64,000 nt of DNA. Source: Felis catus. Lineage: Eukaryota. The notes beneath the pieces were generated by a model. It saw only the letters and a program-made list of their open reading frames with translations, did no database searches and had not been told where the DNA came from. Made by a program: the position numbers and the translations under genes. Each line of letters starts with the position of its first letter. The stretch's first letter is position 1. Below are positions 50,614 through 61,420 of this stretch, piece by piece. The stretch covers positions 14,632,001-14,696,000 of the forward strand of contig NC_058372.1 in NCBI RefSeq assembly GCF_018350175.1, read 5' to 3'.

Positions 50614-50834
50614 GGAGCGCCTGGGTGGCGCAGTCGGTTAAGTGTCCGACTTCAGCCAGGTCACGATCTCGCGGTCCCGGAGTTCGAGCCCTGCGTCAGG
50701 CTCTGGGCTGATGGCTCAGAGCCTGGAGCCTGTTTCCGATTCTGTGTCTCCCTCTCTGTCTGCCCCTCCCCCGTTCATGCTCTGTCTCTCTCTGTCCCAA
50801 AAATAAATAAAAAACATTGAAAAAAAAATTTTTT
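50614..50834 (+). mobile_element. CanSINE, young-looking SINEC_Fc variant
   Basis: TSD aaaaatgcaggaa. Confidence 0.96.
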
Positions 50835-52013
50835 AAAAATGCAGGAAGAATGAGGGGTTCAATAGACCCACACCTCTGGTGACCAGAGACCCAGCTTTTG
50901 GAAATGCCTGTGTTGAGTTGCAAGACAGCAGTAGAAACAACCACAACCAAAAAGCCTCACCCAAGAAACTGTTCACAGTTCCAGAGGGAACATAGGAGCC
51001 CTCCAGGGGGAGAAGAACCTTCAGGAAGAGGGAAGGAGAATTCCAGTGGGTCTGCACATAGAGGCTTCACGTGTGATGCTTGTTCCCATTTCTCCCCCCA
51101 GTTAATGTTCATGGGGCTCCTTCCCTGGGTTCCTGGGACCTGGGACAGAAAGGATTTACATTAATGCTAGAGTTGCTTCCTGCCCCCCACCAGCAGGGCC
51201 TCGTCTTTCCCTCTCTGTCGCTGTTCCACCCTGGTGACGACGCTCTTTCATCTTCCGGGACTTGCCCCTGACGCAAACACCCAAGAGAGAGAACCTGTTC
51301 TCCCCATTTGACTGCTGAAGTCAAGGTGTCTAGACTATCCCTTTTGTTTCCACCACCCTGAACAATACCAGAAACTGTGGGCTTTCTGTACTGGGGTCTA
51401 GTGTGCAAATCTGAGAACTCAGTTGAAATGCAGAGGGAAAGAGGGATTGCCCAAAAGTGGCCAAAACCTTTGTGTTCACGAAGAATTTCAGGATTGCTTC
51501 TAGCTGTTTCTCTCTTCCCGGGACTGCTGGTGACGTCAGTGTTGCTCTGTATGTTTGTGATAACGACACTGCAAGGGAGTCAGGAATTCATACTCTCCGT
51601 GCCCTTACACACGTCACTGACTTCTTTAATCTTCAACACGACCAGGCGAGGCAGCAGTATCACACAAATAAAAAAAAAACAAACAGCAGTTGTACAACTG
51701 TGGAAACTGAGGCTCTGGGAGAGAAAGTGACTTACTTAAGCTGGGGAAGCGAACACGACAGCAAGTTCTGATTCGAGGGTCTGCGGTCTCCTCTCGCCCC
51801 ACAGTCCACGAGAGGCCAAACAGCCGAGAAGTCCCATGAAACTGGGGCCACAGCCGGGTGGGGGACAAGGTGTGGTTTACACCTGTGTCAAAACGTTATC
51901 GGTTGGTGTGTGACAATTTGGTACACGGACGTGGAGGCTTGGGGGAGAATGTTCTGTACATCTGAGCAGCCTTTATAGATACATATAAATGAAGGGAACA
52001 TCGACTCGTTCTT

Positions 52014-52038
52014 TTTTTTTTTTAATATTCATTTACTT

Positions 52039-52083
<45 letters not shown>

Positions 52084-52250
52084 CGTGGGCAGTGGAGGGG
52101 CAGAGAGAGAGGGAGACACAGAATCGGAAGCAAGCTCCAGGTTCCGAGCCATCAGCACAGAGCCCAACGCAGGGCTCAGACTCACAAACAGTGAGATCAT
52201 GGCCTGAGCCAAAGTCAGATGCTCAACCAACTGAGCCACCTGGGTGCCCC
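52014..52250 (-). mobile_element. CanSINE
   Basis: TSD gactMgttctt. Confidence 0.92.
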
Positions 52251-52839
52251 AGACTAGTTCTTGAGACACCCCCCTTCCAGCCCAGCAGTGGGCTTCCTGT
52301 CTTATCTCATGATTGCGATCGCCGCTCCTCTGGGGTCTTCTTCCCGTCAGCCAGAGCTCGCCTCACTTAATCCTGGAGCTGGTGGGAGCCTGGAAAGATC
52401 CTGATAGTGACACAGGGTGAGAAGGACAGAGGGGAGGACACTGTCCACCGACATCATGGATCCCGGGCCACCAGGGCAACGGCCCTCCACAGCATCCAGG
52501 CCCTGCCTCACCTTCTTAGAACCCAGTCCCGTGGGAGGCCAGCCTCCTCTACAGGGAAAAATTAGGAGGCTTACTAAGCTAGGATGTTCTCCTGAAGTGC
52601 TGGTTTTCTCTACGCCATCTCCGTGAGACAGGAATGTTCTAGAATGGGCCTCATTATTGCTAACAGTGAAGTGCTTGGAAAACGTTCAGAAGGAAAAGTA
52701 CTCATTTCTGGAACAGGAGAGCAGGGGACAGGCTGCAAGACTATGTTCTCTCCAACTGGGAGAGGACAACCACGGTCAGACACCCTAGATGGGAGTGAGC
52801 CCAGCAACTGGAGGCTGGTGCTTGAGCCTGAGAGGGAGA

Positions 52840-52842
<3 letters not shown>

Positions 52843-52886
<44 letters not shown>

Positions 52887-52950
52887 GTGTGCCTTTGTGT
52901 GTATGTCTGTGTAAATCGGTGCGTGTGTCTGTGTGTGTGTCTGTGCGTGT
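52843..52950. repeat. (GT)n microsatellite with degenerate extension
   Basis: Seen directly. Confidence 0.9.
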
Positions 52951-53039
52951 CCTTGAAACAGGGGAGGGTCCCACAGGGCTACAGAGAGAACGCTGCTCAA
53001 CCGCCTGGGCAGACAGAGCTCCCCTGGAGTTTGCCAGTT

Positions 53040-53185
53040 TCCCTGGGAAGGTCACACGTTCTGAAGTCCGGTCTCCTCATTAGAGAAGTGGGAATAACAA
53101 CTCCCATCCCCAAGGACCGTTGTGAAAAATGAGTGCGTGCACATATAAAAAGCACAGTGCCAGGCACGTGGGAGGCGATCGGTAC
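53040..53185 (+). mobile_element. MIR fragment
   Basis: ggtctcctcattagagaagtgggaataac...cacagtgccaggcacgt. Confidence 0.55.
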
Positions 53186-54086
53186 ATTTTGACTCCTGAA
53201 CATGTTGGGTGTCGCTCATGAGACAAGGGCAAACAAGCAGGGACAAGCCAGACAGTCTCTGGGTCAAAACCTCGTTCTAATCCTCACCCACCATTTGGCC
53301 TTGGGCAAGCCAGCGGATCTCTTCTGGAGCCCAGTCCCAGCCTCCACTCCACCTCTGCTCCATTATCGGCCACCCCCAGCCCCAGTCCTGACCCACCTAC
53401 ACAATCCCAGCCACCTGCCCAGCCACCGGATAAGGAGAGGCAAGCCAGCCAGGCCGGAGGACTCAGGTTCAGAACTGGACAGTGACCTCATCTCAACGGG
53501 CCAACATGGAGCATATGACTTCTGTCTGATGGTTAGGAGAGAAAGGTTCTCTCCGCCGGCTAGACACAAACACGGAAGCACACAGTCTCCTTATGCAGCA
53601 GGCAGCTGTCTTGTGATCATGACAGGATCCGGGCCGGGGTGATGCTGACCCTGAGGACGGCAGAGAAGCACGAGGGAACCAACCAGGGGACATTGTTGAG
53701 CCACTGGGTCCAACCCAAGTGAAGCCCACCTATCTCTGGACTCGTCAGTCCCTGTCGTGCTGAAGTGGCTTTGCATAGGCAGACACTCCTAACTGAAATG
53801 CCACCTGACGCTGTGACACATTGCTGATTTGAGCCAGATTTATGGGTGGTTGTGTCTCAGAGCAGACCATCCCCACCTCAGCTCAGGCCCATCTAAATCC
53901 TCCCGGAGGGAAACGCCGAGTCCCAGATTCTTCAGAGTGCTCCAGTCTCCCTCTCTTATTCTCTTTGTTGTCCAAGTGCAAAACTGTGTCCCAGTGTCTG
54001 GAGACAGGAGTGGGTCAGAGTCCATTTTCCTCTAAGAACTGTCCTGTAAACAGCTGGCATCACTGTGCGTAACGGTGGCCTACTAC

Positions 54087-54649
54087 TGTATTAGTTAGCT
54101 ATTGCTGCATAACAAATGACCCCCAAACATGGCAACTTAAACGAGCAAATATGTATTACCTGAGGAATCTAGGCGCAGCTTAGCTGGAGGCTGTGGCTCT
54201 GGGTCTCTCATGAGGTTGCAGTCAGATGTCAGCCAGGGCTGCAGGCATCTCGAGACTTGCCTGGGGCTGACAGATCTGTCTTCAAACTTGCTCAGGCAGC
54301 TGTAAGCAGGACTCGGTTCTTTATTGACCCGTTGGCTGGGGTCTTCAGTCCCCTAACACACGGGCTTCTCCATAGCTGCTCACAGTGTGTTAACTGGCTA
54401 TCCCAAGGGTGAATGATGACAGACAGGCAGGGAGGGAGAGAGAGGGAGAGAGCCAAAGTCTAAGAGAGAAGCCACAGTCTTTTAAAGACTAATCTTTGAA
54501 AGTGACATAGCATCACTCCTGCCATATTCGATTTAGTCACACAAGCCAACTCTGGTACAGCATGGGAGATGGTTACAGCGTGTGAATACCAGATGGGAAT
54601 ACCGGAAAGCAGGGATTGTTGGGCGCGATCTTGAAGTCCAGCAACCACA
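54087..54649 (-). mobile_element. Full-length MLT1E/F-like solo LTR
   Basis: TG...CA ends (tgtattagttagctattgctgcataac...caaccaca) with perfect 5-bp TSD ACTAC. Confidence 0.85.
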
Positions 54650-54876
54650 ACTACCATGGGGTCTTCCTGGCCCTCACTCTCCTCGGGATTTCTTTCCTTT
54701 TCTTCTTCATTCATCACTTCCCCTCAAAACCGTAAACTCATTACCTTAATCTTTGTTTTTTGTCCGTTTCCACAGAGTCTCACTTACCTCAAATAGGTAT
54801 TTCCAGAGGCAGTTCTATCTCAGGAATTGTTAGTACATCTTTTTTAAAATGGCAATTTTTTTAGAAATTTTATTTT

Positions 54877-55080
54877 GGGGGGGGGTTCAGTTGGTTAAGC
54901 ATCTGACTCTTGATTTCGGCTCAGGTCATGATCTCATGGTTTGTGAGATCAACCCCCACACTGGGCTCTACGCTGACAGTGCAGAGCCTGCTTGGGATTC
55001 TCTCTCTCCCTGTTTCTCTGCCCCTCCCCTGCACTCTAGCTCTCTCCCTCGGTCTCAAAAATAAGTAAATAAACATTAAA
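54877..55080 (+). mobile_element. CanSINE, older type with G-run head
   Basis: Body and tail recognisable. Confidence 0.9.
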
Positions 55081-55499
55081 AAATTTATTTTATGGTTTAT
55101 CAGGGCATTTGTCTATTTATTTATCGGCTTATGATAGCAAGAGCAAAACTTTAACTATGAAGCACTGACGTTTCCTTAAATTTTTCTCCCAACTCTCCTG
55201 ACTCCCCACCAAATATCATGGCGCCCTTTTCCTGTGAAAGTATTTACTCCTTAGAAGCCAACGAGCCTACTTGTTCCTGTGGACATTTAGCCCGCATGTT
55301 TCCCACACCTTGTTCTATCAAAGCTCAGTGAAAAGACAGCCTGACTCTTCAACTGGCTGAGTCTGGGGAGAGAAACCAGAGACCAAATCGCGGGTGAGAT
55401 ATCTATGCCAGGTGGAGGAGACACTGTGAGCGTCACTCCTACTGACCTCCATGGAGGTGGCTGCACAGGGCCAGCTTGTGTGTCTCAGACACTATGTTC

Positions 55500-55780
55500 C
55501 TGACGAGGTCTCGAGGATGAATGAAACCCCTCATAGAAAGCGCTTAGAATGCCAACCGGCGCCAAGTACGCGCTCAATCGCTGTTAACCGTTGTTCTCAG
55601 ATAAATGCAACAGATGGGCGTAAACGTTGAGCAGGAACTATTGTTACAGATCAGTGCCATCCACAAACTTCGATAGTTATAAGATTCCGTTTTCCTCTCC
55701 CTACCTAAGATGATCTGTATCTTGCTGTAGATTCTCCAAAACATGCCTTTTTTTTTTAATCATGAAAATTCCTTATGTTA
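55500..55780 (+). repeat. Local duplication, copy 1 (paralog at ~58790-59080)
   Basis: Collinear similarity; exact 24-mer atcagtgccatccacaaacttcga at 55650-55673. Confidence 0.75.
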
Positions 55781-55854
55781 AGAGGGAAAAAATATACAGT
55801 AGAAGGTCATTTGATCCAGAATGTCCGAGACCTAATTTTTATGTACGCATGTAG

Positions 55855-56010
55855 GTAGCCAATATTACTGAGCACCTACTGGTACCAGACACCCTTCCAG
55901 GGACCAGGCATACAGGGAACAAAGACATCCAAAGCCCCTGCCCTCGAGGAGCTTATATTCTAGTGGGTACAAACTGGCAATAAACACATAAATACGTACT
56001 AGGCTGAGAA
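55855..56010 (-). mobile_element. L2 3' fragment
   Basis: tactgagcacctac...ccctgccctcgaggagcttatattctagtgg. Confidence 0.7.
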
Positions 56011-56118
56011 GAAAAATAAAGCAGCAAAGCAGAACGACAAGATAGTTTAGAACGTTCTCTATAATATACACATATCATTTGAATCTACCAAAGAATATAT
56101 TTAAAATGTATTCGATGA

Positions 56119-56330
56119 GGGGCGCCTGGGTGGCTCAGTCGGTTAGGCGGCTGACTTCGGCTCAGGTCATGATCTCGCGGTCCGTGAGTTCAAGCCCCGC
56201 GTCGGGCTCTGTGCTGACTGCTCAGAGCCTGGAGCCTGTTTCAGATTCTGTGTCTCCCTGTCTCTCTGACCCTCCCCCGTTCATGCTCTCTCTCTGTCTC
56301 AAAAATAAATAAACGTTAAAAAAAAAATTA
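56119..56330 (+). mobile_element. CanSINE (SINEC_Fc-like)
   Basis: TSD aaaatgtattcgatg. Confidence 0.95.
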
Positions 56331-57569
56331 AAAATGTATTCGATGTATTAATTAATGTACTAAAAATCTGTCACCACTCTGGATCCATCGAATACTTCTG
56401 GGTTTACCTTAAGACAAAAATAACACGTTAAAAAGAAAAGCGAAAATATTTAGTGACGGAAAAGACAAGAAAACAATATTCAGTGATGCAAACAAAATGA
56501 GTATGTGCCATTTTTCAACTCTTTCCTAGAAAAATTGGATACTCCATGCCCACTCACTTCCTTAGAAATGTCCTAAACAAACAAACAAATCATGTGATAA
56601 TGAAAAATAAATGAAATCTTTCCGCACTCAGAAATCCGTATCGATTGTACATGGAAGAATGACAAATTCACTTATGCTCAGAAAGTGTTGTTACAGCATT
56701 CATAGACAAGGCGATGGCTCTTTTGCAAGAACAAAATCAACCATATCCTTGGTTGACCTTTGCCATGCTTTTCTTTCCAAATTTCTCTCTCAATCTCTTT
56801 AGCTGATGAGTCTGCTGCACAGTGGTCGGGGGCCATTTTTCTCTGAGATCTGTGAGCTTTTCACAAGATTCAACGGCCTCTAGGACAATCACTTTTGATC
56901 TGCCCATTACTGCCCATACTACCTCCCCACCCTGAATCGCCACGAAGTTGCTCACCCGGTTGGGGCCATCACCATGTACCACGTGCCTTAGCAGATTATT
57001 CTTGGTATCGGTATTTAAAAAAAAAAAAAAAAAATCAATGAGAGCTTTGAAATTGCCATCAACTGGAGTTTTTCTGGGCTTACACAGCCACAGAGGCAAT
57101 CAGCCATTGTAATCTTTCTATCGTGTTTTATGATTAACAGAGGCCTCTCTCTCCTGGGCTGTAACCCATCCCTGTGGGTTACAGCATCCCTGTGAAAAGA
57201 TTGCCAGCTGATCACCAAAACCGTGTCCCTTGGTCCCTGGACACACTGCTAGACCACATTTCCCAGCATCCTTTGCGCCCAGGTGTAGCCACCAAATGAG
57301 CCACTTCCTGGTCCCTAAGAACTTCCCCCCAGGAGTCCCTCCACATCGTTTCCCCTCCCACAGCCGACTTGGGGAGACTGAGAAGCCACGGGGTGGAGCC
57401 TGGGTCTCCAAGTTTCCACACAGAATGGAGTTACCTGAGGGTTAGGAAGACCCATTTGGGGGAGAAAAAAAATCGATTGCATTACACCACAGAGATATGG
57501 GGTTTTTCTGTTAGAGTAGCTCGGAGCGCCTTCAGAATGCATTTTCCTTCAGTGTTTCATTATTAACAC

Positions 57570-57760
57570 AGCTGCTTCGTACATCTTATCTCATTGAGAA
57601 AGCAGGGAGCAGGTATAATCCTTGTTACCCCTCTTTTTATATTGGCAAACCAAGGCTCAGAGAGGCTAAATAATGTACCCAAGTTCACGGAGCCGTCAAG
57701 GGGGGGGGAAGTCAAGTATCTGATTTAGGTCTAGTCGGACCCCGTCCCTGTGGTCTTTCC
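57570..57760 (-). mobile_element. MIR fragment
   Basis: aaaccaaggctcagagaggctaaataatgtacccaagttcac. Confidence 0.6.
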
Positions 57761-58108
57761 AAAAGACCATGATAACGTCACAGGGTTTTAGCAATTACAC
57801 AGATCCTAACCTTCTAGGTCATTCTGTAGGGACTGTATCGAGGGCGATTCTTTATCAGCCTGCATTCGCTGCTAATATATTTCTGGGTCTGAACTGAAGA
57901 ATTAAGCCCAGCGCGCAGTCACTTGCTCACTGCCCACAGGGCTGCATAGAGAGTGTTAGCCCATGGTCTTTGGTAAGATGCCATCTATCTTCTGACTAGG
58001 CAGTTTCCTGGACTTTCTGTTCCCGAAATCCAATAGGAACAAGTCAACCCTTTCATTCTTTCCCCCTTTAAAAGCAAGGGTTTACATCTTTTAAGTAATC
58101 ATTGAATT

Positions 58109-58273
58109 GGGGCACCTGGGGGGCTCAGTCGGTTAAGCGTCCTACTCTTGATTTCGGCTCTGGTCATGATCTCACAGTTGTGAGATCGAGTCCCAAGTCA
58201 GGCTCAGGGCAGAGCATGGAGCTTGCTTGGGATTGTCTCTCTCTCTCCCTCTCTGTCTCTACCCCTCCCTCAA

Positions 58274-58311
<38 letters not shown>

Positions 58312-58342
58312 AAAATAAATAAATAAACTTAAAAAAAATAAC
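58109..58342 (+). mobile_element. CanSINE, older type
   Basis: TSD aatcattgaat. Confidence 0.92.
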
Positions 58343-58424
58343 AATCATTGAATAAATATTCAGTACTCACCAGGCACAAAGTACTATGTATGATGTTGTG
58401 AGGAATTTAAAAATAAATAAACAC

Positions 58425-58640
58425 GGGGAGGCTGGGTGGCTCAGTCAGTTAAGAGTCCGACTTTGGCTCAGGTCATGATCTCACAGTTCGTGAATTCAAG
58501 CCCCGCGTCGGGCTCTGTACTGATGCCTCAGAGCCTGGAGCCTGCTTCAGATTCTGTGTCTCCCTCTCTCTCTGCCCTTCCCCCACTCACGCTCTCTCTC
58601 TCTCTTAAAAATAAATATACATTTAAAAAGTAATAATAGA
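58425..58640 (+). mobile_element. CanSINE
   Basis: Full element. Confidence 0.92.
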
Positions 58641-58654
58641 CAAACAAACAAAGC

Positions 58655-58895
58655 CTAGTGGCTGAGAGGGAAGACTCTATAATAATTGCCTGAATTTAAA
58701 TTCTGGTTCCACTACTGCCTAGCTGTGTGACCTTGGACAAGTCACTTAACTTCTCTCTTCCTATGTGTCCTGAGCTGTGGCCCTACTCACGACGATGTCG
58801 CAAGGATTAATGAAACAGTGCATTTAAACAGTGCATTTAAAGCACTGAGAATGGGAGCCGGCACCAGGTCAGTGCACAGTAGCTGTTAACTGCTG
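58655..58895 (+). mobile_element. MIR
   Basis: ctagctgtgtgaccttggacaagtcacttaac...aggattaatga...aagcactgagaa. Confidence 0.7.
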
Positions 58896-59080
58896 TTCTC
58901 AAATCAATGAAGGACAGGTACCTAAGCCCTGGTAATGGACAATTATTACATCAGTGCCATCCACAAACTTCGACGGCTCTCTTACGAGATTCTGGGTCCC
59001 TCTTACTGTTTAAATTACCAATACCTTGGGTTGTTTGGGTTTTTTTTCTGAAACCATAAAAGTCTCTTCCTATGATATAC
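58790..59080 (+). repeat. Local duplication, copy 2
   Basis: Exact 24-mer at 58950-58973, 3300 bp from copy 1. Confidence 0.75.
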
Positions 59081-60579
59081 TAGCGATTTTCCACTCTCAA
59101 ATCTTTTCTGTAATCAGGTTTTAAGGGAAGGAAAACACACACGCACACATTTCCACCCCCCCAACCCCCCCACCCCCTGCCCAGACAGTACGTACGTTAA
59201 GCACTTTACCCCTGGGTGGCTGGTGGTGTTGTGTTTTTGAGCCACTCAACCACGCAATTTCCCATTTGTAGATGAAGTCCCCTAGACGTCAAAGAAGATA
59301 GAGAGCATTTAAGTAGCAGACCTAGGATTCAAAACCCGATCTGTCCGGCTCCAAAGCCGGAGCTCCTAACCCTTACAGGAATCTGCTCAGCTCTGTGATT
59401 CCTGGCTGGTCTGATTAAAGCCCCAGAATCTCGTAACCTTCTAAGAAGACAGTCAAGGAAGAGAAGATATCGTTGTCTTAACCCGCCACTGAATCTAGGA
59501 AATGATGGGCCTTGATATTAACAAGGCAGTTTCTCTCCTAAGTGCAGAGGACCCTTGAAAAGGGTATTTTAATCATGGGTGTCATATTTTATGATTGTGT
59601 CTGTTTGTATTTAGTACACTTGTTATCCTTGATGTTTTCGCCCTGAGGACATCCAACTGAACAAAATTGCATACATCTTTGTGGATTACCCCTTCTGCAT
59701 CCATAAGTTATCTGCCCTTTTAAAATAATTTGCACTAAAACACCAAGTGTTTTTCCTAATGGGAATAGACAGCTAGCGTTTTTTGATGCAAATGACTTCT
59801 CCCCACTTTCTCCCCAGCCCACAGCGAAATCTGAAGCAGCAACAGAGGGCTCCGTGCTTCCAGAAGTAATTTAAGCACAGCAGTTGGGAGCTGCGATGTG
59901 ACTTAAAAACCCCCGCTTGATGTTAGCACATGCTAAATGAGACACTGGAAAAAGATTCGGCGCGATGAGCAGAGATGTTTTAAGGGCACTTATTATAATA
60001 TTCACCTTCATTCTTTTTAAAACACCAGCTTTCACGCAGGCAGTTTTGTGTTTGTGTGTAAAGATTAAAGTGTTAAATAAAATCATAAGCATAATCTAGT
60101 GTATTACAGCACTTATTACAGTATTTCATTTTCTCCTGGAGGTAATACGTTGGGCTTTTTTTTTTTTTTTTAACTTTGATAGTATTTCTGAACTCTCTTC
60201 GTGGTAGGAAAAAAAAAAAATCAAGAATTCCACTGTAACTTCTATTTTATTCCAGCACCTAAATGTATGCTGTTAGGAGCTCCTAAGAGTACCTTTATGT
60301 AGCTACTTTTACCTGAATAAAGAAGCCGATGTCAGTTCAATATAACAATGGCTTGAAATATTTAAGTAGAAAAAGAAAAACAAAACAAAACAAAACATTG
60401 CTTCCAAAAGGAAAAGTTGAGTATGGCCACCTCTTGGCTAAAAATCAATGTATTTCCCACTATCGTCCTTTTTTTTACCTATAACTGACTTGGGAAGAAA
60501 AATGCATAGGGGGAAAAAAAGACTATTCTAAGGCAAATGAGATACTGAAGGGATGAGCTCTTCAGGCAAAAGGCAGCCC

Positions 60580-61420
60580 ACGGAGAAGAATCACGCGGGG
60601 CCTTCGCTGCTGTTGGGACCCTAAGTAATGACTACCTTTGGTTCTTCGTCGCTGTCCCTTCCGCGAGGTTCTGGCCGCAGCGCCCAAGCCCGCGGGCTCC
60701 CTGCCTATCAGCCCTGGGACAGCACAGCGCATCTGCGATGAGAATGGAGACAGAGTCCCCCTGGGAACCCTGTTGGGGGGGTGGGGAGGGCGTTCAATCG
60801 TTCGCAAACCATTAAATGATCTGCACGCTGGTGGAGCGGGGAGCCCGGAACAGCTTTCTCCTGCATTCCACACCCCAGCCTTCCAGGCACTCCACCCCAC
60901 CCTCGCGTCCTCCGGGGACTGTCCGCACCCTGGTGAGCCCGGCGACCCGCACTTGCGAGGCGCGGACCGGCCACCGTGGCAGCTGCTGGCGTCCACGGGG
61001 AATTTTTCTGGGATCCTTGATCCGACACCCTTGTCTCCTCAGCCAATCCCACGTACTCTAGTCTCCACGGGTGGTCTGCACATTCCCAAGCCCCTCCCGG
61101 AGCTTTTGCGCTGCACCCCCAAAAGGTCCTGGGAGAATGCGCTTGCTTGGAACCCTCCCGCCCCGCCCCTGGTTTCCGCCGCATGCCGAAGTTTGAGAAC
61201 CACTCTGCTAATCAAATGACTCATTCACGGGGCCTCAGACTTCTCCCGCTCTTGCCTTTTCGACTTCAGAGTCTCTTTGGTGGTAGCTCACGAGAATTCC
61301 CAGAAAGAACAAGGCCAAGACTAAACGCCTTCTTTCTTTCTGCTCGGCGTCGGGCCCTAATCTCCTCCCAGGCGCAGACCCGATCAAGAGCATTTTGAAT
61401 TCCATCCTTTTCCTCTGGCC
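60580..61420. promoter_or_regulatory. Weaker CpG-rich, repeat-free regulatory region (possible promoter/enhancer)
   Basis: Elevated GC and CpG, no recognisable TE, AP-1 ATGACTCAT at 61217-61225, CTCF-like gccacctcttggc at ~60426-60438 just upstream. Confidence 0.45.

Noticed and set aside
55650-55673. Duplicated 24-mer as a snoRNA or miRNA
   Set aside because: CTGA is present on the minus strand, but there is no matching C box, terminal stem or pre-miRNA hairpin in either copy.
60562-61219. 193-aa and overlapping ORFs
   Set aside because: GC-rich chance frames on both strands with no recognisable homology.
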